NCBI GenBank assembly: GCA_031423915.1
Contig: JANPGL010000268.1
Coordinates: 1 to 52,371 of the forward strand
Length of the DNA stretch: 52,371 nucleotides
From: Actinomycetes bacterium
Lineage (GTDB): Bacteria > Actinomycetota > Acidimicrobiia > Acidimicrobiales > Ilumatobacteraceae
Direction of reading: 5' to 3'
The translations under genes were made by a program, and so were the position numbers. The notes beneath the pieces were generated by a model, which did not search any database, was not told the DNA's origin, and worked only from the letters and a program-made list of their open reading frames with translations. This document shows, in pieces, positions 45,073 to 52,371 of the stretch (positions are counted from its first letter, which is position 1; every line of letters begins with the position of its first letter).

Positions 45073-46569
45073 ATGAAGATCGTCGTCGCCCAGATGGAGC
45101 ACGAGACCAACACGTTCTCACCGCTGCCCACCCCGTGGGAGTCGTTCGGGGCGCACGGCCCACTGCTGGGCGCCGAGGCGTTGGCGGGCATGCGAGGCAC
45201 CGGCACGGCCATGGGCGGCTTCCTCGCCGTGGCGGAGGCGGCCGGCGCCGAGATCGTCACGCCGATCGCCGCCTACGCCTCGCCGAGCGGACCGGTGGAC
45301 GGCGATGCCTACGACCGCATCTGCGACCTCATCTGCGCGGCCGTGGCCGAGGGCTGTGACGCGGTCTTCCTCGACCTCCACGGCGCCATGGTCGTGGCCG
45401 ACCGCACCGACGACGGCGAGGGCACGCTGCTCGAGCGGATGCGAGCCCTGGCGCCCGACACGATGATCGCCGTGGCACTCGACCTGCACGCCAACGTGAC
45501 CGAACGGATCGTGGCCAACTGCGACGTGCTCGCGGGGTACAAGACGTATCCGCACGTCGACATGGCGCGAGCCGGTGAGCTGGCCGGCTCGATCGCCCTG
45601 CGCGCGCTCGCCGGCGAGGTGCGCCCCGTGATGGCGTGGGGGAACGTGCCGATCCTGGCCCAGACCCTGAAGATGAACACGGCCGAAGGGGCCATGAAGG
45701 CGTTCGTCGACGAGGCCCGCGCCGCCGAACTGCGCGGTGCGTTGGCCGCCAGCCCGTTCGGCGGGTTCCCGATGGCCGACATCGCCGAGGCCGGCATGTC
45801 GACCGTGGTCGTCACCGATGGCGACCCCACCTCGGCCGCAGCCGCCCGCGACCGCATCCTGCGCGCCGCGTGGGCCGACAAGGACGACTTCGTGTGGCGC
45901 GACGAGCCCCTCACCGACGCCGTCGCCCGTGCCGCATCGCTGGCCGCCGCATCGTCGGCCCACGGGCCGGTCCTGCTCATCGACCACGCCGACAACTGCG
46001 CGTCGGGCGGCACCCAGGACACCATGCACGTGCTGGCCGAAGCGCTGCGTCAGGGCCTCACCGGCATCGCCGTCGGACCGGTGCGCGATCCCGGCGCGGT
46101 CGACGTGCTCGTGCGAGCGGGGCCCGGTGCCACGGTCACGCTCCCGGTGGGCGGCGTGTTCGACCTGCCGGCCATCGGGCGGCTCGCCGAGCCGCTCGAG
46201 CTCACCGGCGTGGTGCGGGCGATGACCGACGGCGAGTACACCATCACCGGCCCGCAGCTCACCGGTGTGCGTGCCCACATGGGCCGCACGGTCGTGCTCG
46301 ACACCGGGCCGGCGCAGGTGGTGATCACCGAGCGTCAGCAGGAGCCGTGGGATACCGGCGTGTTCACGAGCGTGGGCATCGACCCGACGCGGCAGCGGTT
46401 CCTGCTGTTGAAGAGCCGCATGTACTTCCGGCCCGTGTTCCTGCCGTTCGCTGCCGCCACGGTCTACTGCGACGGCGTGGGCGTCACCTCGTCGGACTGG
46501 ACCCGGTTCCGCTACACCAAGGTGCGCCGGCCGATCTTCCCGCTGGACGACACCGCCGCGTTCGCCTGA
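45073..46569 (+). CDS. M81 family metallopeptidase (MlrC-like)
   Basis: MKIVVAQMEHETNTFSP N-terminus and 498-aa length are typical of MlrC/DUF1485 proteins. Confidence 0.85.
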   Translation: MKIVVAQMEHETNTFSPLPTPWESFGAHGPLLGAEALAGMRGTGTAMGGFLAVAEAAGAEIVTPIAAYASPSGPVDGDAYDRICDLICAAVAEGCDAVFLDLHGAMVVADRTDDGEGTLLERMRALAPDTMIAVALDLHANVTERIVANCDVLAGYKTYPHVDMARAGELAGSIALRALAGEVRPVMAWGNVPILAQTLKMNTAEGAMKAFVDEARAAELRGALAASPFGGFPMADIAEAGMSTVVVTDGDPTSAAAARDRILRAAWADKDDFVWRDEPLTDAVARAASLAAASSAHGPVLLIDHADNCASGGTQDTMHVLAEALRQGLTGIAVGPVRDPGAVDVLVRAGPGATVTLPVGGVFDLPAIGRLAEPLELTGVVRAMTDGEYTITGPQLTGVRAHMGRTVVLDTGPAQVVITERQQEPWDTGVFTSVGIDPTRQRFLLLKSRMYFRPVFLPFAAATVYCDGVGVTSSDWTRFRYTKVRRPIFPLDDTAAFA

Positions 46570-46575
46570 ACGCGG

Positions 46576-47352
46576 TCAGCTGTAGCGGTCGACGATCCAG
46601 TGCTCCTTGCCGATCCACATCGTGGAGCGAGCGAAGTCGATGAAGTTGCGTTCGTCGGCGACGAAGAGCGCGCTGGCGGCGCGCGCCTCGGGGTTCGTGC
46701 GCACGATCGACCGGTCGATCCACGCTTCTGCGTGACCGGTGTAGGCCTCGGCCGTCGTCCCCCGCGCCGAGCGGAGCGCGGCCTCCACCGGCGACTCGAA
46801 CCGGTGGACCTGCATGTAACGAAGGTTGCCCGAGGCCGGCGTGTGGCGACGCACCTTCGGCCCGTGCTGCACGCGCCAGTAGCGCTGGGCCTCGTCGAAG
46901 CTGAGCGTCGGCAGGTGGCGGAGCGGGTAGTACAGCTTCACGACGCTGCTGCGCTCCCTGGCCACCACCTCGGGCGACGGGTTGATCTGCGGGTACTCGT
47001 GGGCCAGCCACAACGGCGACGCCGGCAGGTCGATGAACCGGCCTTCGTCCTCGAGCAGCTCCGCCCCGGCGCGACGACCTTCGGGCGTGGCGCTCGCCGC
47101 CGCCAGGTCCTCCTCGGACTCCCACCACAGCTCGGCGACGCCGTCGTAGCGCGGCTCCATCACCCCGTCGCGCCGGGCGTTCATGCGCTCGTTCATCTCC
47201 TCGTCGAGTGCATGGACCTGCACGTAGCGCTGCACGCCGAGCACCGTGGCGTTCTTGGCCACCAGCGGTGCGTGCACGTCGCGCCAGTAGGCCTGGAACT
47301 CCGCCAGCGAAAGGTGCGGCTGGCGCCGCAACAGGAAAACGAGCCGGATCAT
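46576..47352 (-). CDS. Tandem EthD-domain protein
   Basis: MIRLVFLLRRQPHLSLAEFQAYWRDVHAPLV, and a second copy VKLYYPLRHLPTLSFDEAQRYWRVQHGPKV. Confidence 0.8.
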   Translation of the reverse strand: MIRLVFLLRRQPHLSLAEFQAYWRDVHAPLVAKNATVLGVQRYVQVHALDEEMNERMNARRDGVMEPRYDGVAELWWESEEDLAAASATPEGRRAGAELLEDEGRFIDLPASPLWLAHEYPQINPSPEVVARERSSVVKLYYPLRHLPTLSFDEAQRYWRVQHGPKVRRHTPASGNLRYMQVHRFESPVEAALRSARGTTAEAYTGHAEAWIDRSIVRTNPEARAASALFVADERNFIDFARSTMWIGKEHWIVDRYS

Positions 47353-47380
47353 GTCGACCTCCCCCGACGCGGGACTGTAC

Positions 47381-48295
47381 TCAGCCGACGTGGGTGTGCA
47401 CGAAGGCGCACATCTCGTCGATGGCGGTGACGGCCTCGGGTGCCTCGGCACCGCTGTCGACCCAGCTGACGCCCCCAGCCGGGTAGTCGGCGGCGTACTG
47501 CAACCGCCACGGGCCGTTGAGGATCCAGATGTGCTCGGCCTCGGGATACTCGGTGATGGTCACCGGCACGCCGGCGGCGCGGGCCGAGGCGGCCAGCCGG
47601 ATGGAGTCGTCGTGGCACACGTCGCGCCCGGCGGCCTGGACGAGCAGCGGTGGCAGGCCGGTCAGGTCGCGGTACACGGGTGAGTGCCGACCGTCGTACG
47701 GGTCGATGCCGCCGGGCGACAGGAAGGTGGCCGACAGGCCCTCCACCAGCTCGCGGCGGATGTCGTTGCGGTTGCGCACCGGGTCGTCGAGCGAGGGTGT
47801 GTTGAGCGCGATGTCGGCCCACAACGAGTTGAGCATCCCGCACGCCGCCATCGGCAGGCCGAGGTCGCGGCAGTCGGCCAGCAGCGACACGGTGAGCGCG
47901 CCGCCGGCCGAGTCGCCGGCGACCGCGATGCGCCCGGGCGCGACGCCGCCCGGACCGATGAGGTGCCGGTACACGGCGAGCACGTCCTCGTGGGCGGCCG
48001 GGAACGGGAACCGGGGCGACAGCCGGTAGTCCGGCGCCACCACGCGCCCACCCGTGCCGAGGGCCAGCCGGGCCGCGCCACGGCGCGCCCACGCGGCAAG
48101 ACCGCTCGAGTAGCCGCCGCCATGCAGGTACAGGATCACCAGCCCGGGGTCGGTGGCACCGCCACCCGGCGCCGTCCACTCGACGGGCACGCCGCCGAGC
48201 TCGTCACGTTCGTGCGTCACGCCCTCGGGCTCGCACAGGAGAGGCGCGAAGAACCCCTCCATCGCCGCGATCTGGTCGGCCACTTCGGGCGTCAT
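47381..48295 (-). CDS. Alpha/beta hydrolase, HSL-family esterase/lipase
   Basis: HGGGY oxyanion motif (LYLHGGGYSSG) and GDSAGG nucleophile elbow. ATG 48295 (GAGGGGA SD) is preferred over 48328. Confidence 0.88.
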   Translation of the reverse strand: MTPEVADQIAAMEGFFAPLLCEPEGVTHERDELGGVPVEWTAPGGGATDPGLVILYLHGGGYSSGLAAWARRGAARLALGTGGRVVAPDYRLSPRFPFPAAHEDVLAVYRHLIGPGGVAPGRIAVAGDSAGGALTVSLLADCRDLGLPMAACGMLNSLWADIALNTPSLDDPVRNRNDIRRELVEGLSATFLSPGGIDPYDGRHSPVYRDLTGLPPLLVQAAGRDVCHDDSIRLAASARAAGVPVTITEYPEAEHIWILNGPWRLQYAADYPAGGVSWVDSGAEAPEAVTAIDEMCAFVHTHVG

Positions 48296-48362
48296 GGTGC
48301 GTCCCCTCGTCCGGGCGGCCGTCCCCACGGCGGCCGTCGCGACGACGATGGTACCGGTGCGG

Positions 48363-50231
48363 TCAGAGCGCGGCCGCCGCCGCCCACACGGCGGCCACGT
48401 GGCGGGCCACGTCGCCCACCCCGGTGGCGGGGAACTCCATCGTGAACGCCCACTTCCCGGTGTCGGCCTGCATGTAGGCGTTCGTCATGGTCCCCGAGAT
48501 GTCGATGTAGCCGCCGTCGTCCGGGTTGTTCAGCGGGATGCCCGAGACGGTGGCGTAGGCCTGGCACACGGCGAGCAGCTTCGGGCCGCGCAGCGGTGAG
48601 CAGTCGACCGTGTCCAGCGGCTGGTGGTACGAGATGACGAGGTCGAACCGCTCACGTCGCAGGAACGCCCACAACGCCTGCGTCTCCGGCTCCGACAAGG
48701 GGCCGGTTCCGGTGTCGGCCGGGGCGGCACCGGTGCCGCAGCCGGGCGACGGGCACCACGGGAAGGAGCCACCGTCGAAGTTGCGGTTCAGGTCGACCCC
48801 GCGGCCGTTGCCGCGCTGGCCCGTGGCACCGCCGTCGGGGTTCACGGTGTCGATCAGCCACAGGTCGACGTCGGCCGGCACGGCGGCCGTGCGCAGCGCG
48901 GTCACGACCTGCACGCCGCCCGGCTCCTCGCCGTGCATGGAGCCGAGGACGAGCACCTTGTGGGCGGCGCCCACGTGGTCGCGGCGATGGGTGGCCACGA
49001 TCGGGCGGCCGCCGAACGAACGGCCGATCGTCTCGTCGACGGGCGCCGGTGCCGTGCCGACCGGCGGACCGAGGAACACCCCCGCGACGTCGATGACCAC
49101 GTGGCCACCTGGATGGGCGAAGACCGACAGGCCCCGGTCGGAGAGCGGGGCGATGGTGGCGTTGGCCACGACCTGGCGGGCGGCCGACGCGTTCACGGTG
49201 GACGTCGACGGTCGCGGCGTACCGGCGGCCCACACGGTGAAGAAGCCGGGCGCCGGCGCGTCCACCGCGGTCACCGTGGCCCACACCGCGGCGCCCGCCG
49301 CCGGCGTCGGCACGTCGAGCGACGCGCCGGCGGCCAACGGCGGCCCGACCGAGCGCGTGTCGAGGACGCGCACCGGATCCTGGGGCACGAGCAGCCCGTC
49401 GGACGTGTCTTCGGCCGACGGCCCGGTCACGTACCCGACGAGATCGACGACGACGTGCGCGCCCGACTGCGAGAACACCTGCACGGCGACGGCCGTCGGC
49501 ACGAGCGTGAAGATGGCCCGCGTCTGGCCGGCGGCGTCGGCGTTGCCGGTCGAGGCGAGCGGCCGAGGGCCGGGCCCGTGCACGGTGAAGAACCCCGGCG
49601 CGGTCGTCTCGGTGAAGGTGAGGTTGATCGCGACGGCCACGGCGTCGGCGGGCACGCCGCTGACCGGGGCGACCGCCGTGCCTCCCGGGGGCACCTTGGT
49701 GGTCGTGCGCGTGTCGAGCAGGCGCACCGGTGGCGTGGCGACGTACCGGCCGGCGCGCGCCGTGACCGCCGGGGCGAAGTAGCCGACGACGTCGACGACC
49801 TCGTGCACCGCCACGTTCGAGTCGAGCGTGAACGCGCCGCCCGACAGGCGCACCAGCGCCGTGTTGGCGACGGTGGCACCGGCCACGACGTTGAGGTTCG
49901 ACGCCAGCGGCCTGGCGCTGCCGGCCGGGTGCGCGGTCACGTAGCCCGCCGCGCCCGCACTCGGGACGGTCAGCGTCACGACGACGGCCGACGCGGTGAC
50001 GGGCACGCCGCACGCCCCGGCGGCCGTCACCGTCACCGACGTGCCCGGCCGACCGCCTTGGCGTGTGTCGAGCAGCCGGCACGGCGCGAGGGGCACGAAC
50101 GCCGACGAGTCGGGTACGGGCGGCGTCGCCGCTGCCGCAGGCGCGGCCGGGGCGACCGCGGCGACGGCACTGGCAATCACGACGGCGGACGCCACCGCCC
50201 GCCCCGTCGTCCACCTCCGACGCCCGTTCAC
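48363..50231 (-). CDS. Secreted M14 metallocarboxypeptidase (MpaA/gamma-D-Glu-DAP peptidase-like) with three N-terminal copies of the same uncharacterised domain found in the M23 protein
   Basis: Signal-like RRRWTTGRAVASAVVIASAVAAVAPAAPAAAA. Three repeats of (F/Y)VP..P.R(L/V)LDTR...N...VD(V/L).G(Y/V)(F/V). The catalytic part has GSMHGEE (HxxE), NPDG, DLNRNF and SYHQPL. The start is GTG 50231 or ATG 50324. Confidence 0.85.
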   Translation of the reverse strand: MNGRRRWTTGRAVASAVVIASAVAAVAPAAPAAAATPPVPDSSAFVPLAPCRLLDTRQGGRPGTSVTVTAAGACGVPVTASAVVVTLTVPSAGAAGYVTAHPAGSARPLASNLNVVAGATVANTALVRLSGGAFTLDSNVAVHEVVDVVGYFAPAVTARAGRYVATPPVRLLDTRTTTKVPPGGTAVAPVSGVPADAVAVAINLTFTETTAPGFFTVHGPGPRPLASTGNADAAGQTRAIFTLVPTAVAVQVFSQSGAHVVVDLVGYVTGPSAEDTSDGLLVPQDPVRVLDTRSVGPPLAAGASLDVPTPAAGAAVWATVTAVDAPAPGFFTVWAAGTPRPSTSTVNASAARQVVANATIAPLSDRGLSVFAHPGGHVVIDVAGVFLGPPVGTAPAPVDETIGRSFGGRPIVATHRRDHVGAAHKVLVLGSMHGEEPGGVQVVTALRTAAVPADVDLWLIDTVNPDGGATGQRGNGRGVDLNRNFDGGSFPWCPSPGCGTGAAPADTGTGPLSEPETQALWAFLRRERFDLVISYHQPLDTVDCSPLRGPKLLAVCQAYATVSGIPLNNPDDGGYIDISGTMTNAYMQADTGKWAFTMEFPATGVGDVARHVAAVWAAAAAL

Positions 50232-50341
50232 CCCACCAGTGTGGTGGTCCGGGGCCGATCGGCGCGGCTGGCAGCCATCGGCGCCCGGGGCCAGACGGGC
50301 TCCGCGCGGCGTGACAACCGTCACGCACTAGCGTTCAAGGG

Positions 50342-50500
50342 GTGACCGACCCGCTCGCCATCCCGACCTCGCCGCGGCACATCACCCCCGAGTGGCTCAC
50401 CGCGGCGCTCCGCCGCGGCGGCCATTTCGACGCCGGCGCCGACAAGCTGACCGACGGCTACGTCGCCGCCGCCTTCGACCACGGCGCCGCGCTGCTCTGA
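50342..50500 (+). pseudogene. Possible remnant of a phosphotransferase (APH/kinase-like) N-terminus, 52 codons
   Basis: My translation: VTDPLAIPTSPRHITPEWLTAALRRGGHFDAGADKLTDGYVAAAFDHGAALL*. The ITPEWLTAAL motif is typical of actinobacterial phosphotransferase N-termini, but the ORF stops after 52 aa. Confidence 0.3.
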
Positions 50501-50567
50501 CGAGCCCCGCCGGCGGGCTCTCGGCGCGGGCCTACAGTGGGCCGACATCGCGCGATCGGGGGATCCG

Positions 50568-51896
50568 GTGATGATCGAGACCGACTGGCACCACGAGCCG
50601 GCGCCTGCCTGGGCGCAGCCCGACGTGCGGCCGCACACGGTCGACGGGGCGCGCTACACCGACGCCGGGTTCTTCGCCGCCGAGTGGGACGCCATGTGGC
50701 CGAAGGTGTGGCTCCTGCTCGGGCGCGCCGGCGACATCCCGTCGCCCGGCGACGTGCAGATGGAAGAGGTCGGGCCCGAGTCGTTCCTCATGGTCCGCCA
50801 GGACGACGGCACCATCCGCGCGTTCTACAACGTGTGTCAGCACCGCGGCTCCCGGCTGCTGTTCTCGCCGAAGGCGTCGGTGCGCGAGATCGTGTGCCCG
50901 TATCACTCCTGGACCTACGGACGCGACGGGTCGCTGGTGAAGGTGCAGGACCCCGAGGACTTCTCGGGCGGCGACCCGTGCGACACCACCCGTCTCGTCG
51001 AGGTGGCGTGCGAGACGTTCGCCGGATGGGTGTGGGTGAACATGGACCCGGCGTGCCGGTCGTTGCGCGAGTACCTCGGCCCGGTGTGGGACGACTGGCA
51101 GACGTGGGCGCCCGACGACTGGCGGCGCGTCGGGGCCGTGTCGGCGTGGGTGCCCTGCAACTGGAAGGTGATCCAGGACAACTTCTGCGAGTCGTACCAC
51201 TTGCTGAGCGTCCACCCGCAGCTGACGGCGAACATCGAGGAGGGCGTGCCGTGGACGCGCTTCGACCTGTCCGACGAGGGCCACAACCGGATGATCATGC
51301 AGGCGGGAGCGCCGTCACGCCGGCAGCGCAACGGGCCGCGCATCGGCGAGCCGCTGCTGACCCAGCTCCAGATGTGGGGACTCGACCCGGCGACGTTCGC
51401 CGGCCGCGAGTACGACACGCGGGCCGAGTTGCAGCGCACCCTGCGCACCGTGGGCCCGGAGCGCGGCTACGCCCACTACGACCGGCTGCGCGACGAGCAG
51501 CTCACCGACCCGCACCACTACAACATCTTCCCGAACTGCTCGGTCACGTTCGGGGTCGACTCGGTGCTGCTGCAGCGCATGCGACCCCATCCGACCGACC
51601 CGCAGCGCTGCCGTTTCGACCACTGGACGTACGCGTCGCCGGCGTCGATCCGGTACGGGCTGTTCCGCAACAACGGCGGCCGCGTGGAGATCACCGGCGA
51701 CGCCGAGGTGGAGCTCATCGAGTCCGGCGACCGGAGCATGGGCCCCGTCGCCGATCAGGACATCGGCATCACGAGCGGACAGCAGCTCGGGTTGCGATCG
51801 CGCGGCTACCGAGGTGCCCGACTTGCCGACCAGGAGGCGCGCATCGCCCGCTTCCACTCGGTGATCGACGAGTACCTGTCGGGCCAGCGACCGTGA
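50568..51896 (+). CDS. Rieske [2Fe-2S] aromatic ring-hydroxylating oxygenase alpha subunit
   Basis: Rieske motif CQHRGSRLL...CPYHSWTY. Mononuclear iron motif ESYHLLSVH. The start is GTG 50568 or ATG 50571. Confidence 0.92.
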   Translation: MMIETDWHHEPAPAWAQPDVRPHTVDGARYTDAGFFAAEWDAMWPKVWLLLGRAGDIPSPGDVQMEEVGPESFLMVRQDDGTIRAFYNVCQHRGSRLLFSPKASVREIVCPYHSWTYGRDGSLVKVQDPEDFSGGDPCDTTRLVEVACETFAGWVWVNMDPACRSLREYLGPVWDDWQTWAPDDWRRVGAVSAWVPCNWKVIQDNFCESYHLLSVHPQLTANIEEGVPWTRFDLSDEGHNRMIMQAGAPSRRQRNGPRIGEPLLTQLQMWGLDPATFAGREYDTRAELQRTLRTVGPERGYAHYDRLRDEQLTDPHHYNIFPNCSVTFGVDSVLLQRMRPHPTDPQRCRFDHWTYASPASIRYGLFRNNGGRVEITGDAEVELIESGDRSMGPVADQDIGITSGQQLGLRSRGYRGARLADQEARIARFHSVIDEYLSGQRP

Positions 51897-52201
51897 GCCG
51901 CGTGCGCCACATCGTGCTCGTGAAGTTTCGCGAGGACGCCTCGCTCGAGGAGCGGGGCGAGTTCGTGGCCCGCTCCCAGTGGAGCCGCCGGGCCGACTAC
52001 GTGTCGGGCTACACGTGCGGGTCGGGCGTGCAGCCCAGCCCGTACGCGGCCGCGACCGACGAGTGGGACTGGGCGATGACGCTCGACCTCGACGAGGCGG
52101 ACGTGACTCGCTACCGCGACGACCCGGTGCACCGCGCCGTCGGCGCCGACGTCGGCCGGTACGCCGAGCGCTACGCCATCATCGACGTCGTCATCGACTG
52201 A
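51893..52201 (+). CDS. Dabb (stress-responsive alpha/beta barrel) family protein
   Basis: VRHIVLVKFREDASLEERGEFV..., 102 aa. GTGA overlap with the Rieske gene stop. Confidence 0.8.
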   Translation: MSRVRHIVLVKFREDASLEERGEFVARSQWSRRADYVSGYTCGSGVQPSPYAAATDEWDWAMTLDLDEADVTRYRDDPVHRAVGADVGRYAERYAIIDVVID

Positions 52202-52231
52202 AGGAACGTGCCTGCGGCGTAGTCTCCGACC

Positions 52232-52371
52232 GTGCGGCTCGGTGTGGTGCTCCCCCTCGGTCCCGGTTCCGTCGTCGACGCGGCGACGGCCAGCGAGGCG
52301 AACGGGTTCGACTCGGTGTGGCTGGTCGACGCCCACAATCGCGGGTTCCTGCTGCAGGATCCGTTCGTGTC
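52232..52371 (+). CDS. LLM-class oxidoreductase, N-terminal fragment (runs off the right edge)
   Basis: My translation: VRLGVVLPLGPGSVVDAATASEANGFDSVWLVDAHNRGF... matches the LLM N-terminal signature (GFDSVW..D). Confidence 0.6.
   Translation, partial: MRLGVVLPLGPGSVVDAATASEANGFDSVWLVDAHNRGFLLQDPFV

Overview
High-GC (about 70%) Actinomycetota-type chromosomal segment. It holds about 56 tightly packed protein genes, many translationally coupled by ATGA/GTGA/TGATG start-stop overlaps. I found no rRNA, tRNA, CRISPR array, transposase or integrase. Housekeeping landmarks are clpC1, tilS with a DUF2342-type HExxH metalloprotease, and sigH/rsrA. Accessory content includes: a DrrAB-like ABC exporter with a divergent WYL regulator; two secreted peptidases (M23 and M14) that both carry three copies of the same uncharacterised ~105-115 aa domain; a nine-gene dihydropyrimidinase/hydantoinase-centred catabolic array with a NitT/TauT-type ABC importer and a divergent MocR regulator; assorted SDR, alpha/beta-hydrolase, LLM, Rieske, TetR, LysR and MarR genes; and a P2-type cation ATPase operon. 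The most interesting locus is the 325-nt gap at 33160-33484. It contains two divergent, paralogous structured leaders with the sequence signature of the yybP-ykoY (Mn2+) riboswitch class. Each ends in an SD-sequestering hairpin. One leader precedes the P-type ATPase / poly-Asp zinc-ribbon / YqhA operon. The other precedes a stand-alone eRF1-like (baeRF-like) protein, which suggests metal-responsive control of a translation-factor-like protein. All calls come from reading the supplied ORF translations and the DNA by eye. Family names are from recognised motifs, not from searches. Many start codons (GTG/TTG options) are uncertain by a few codons.
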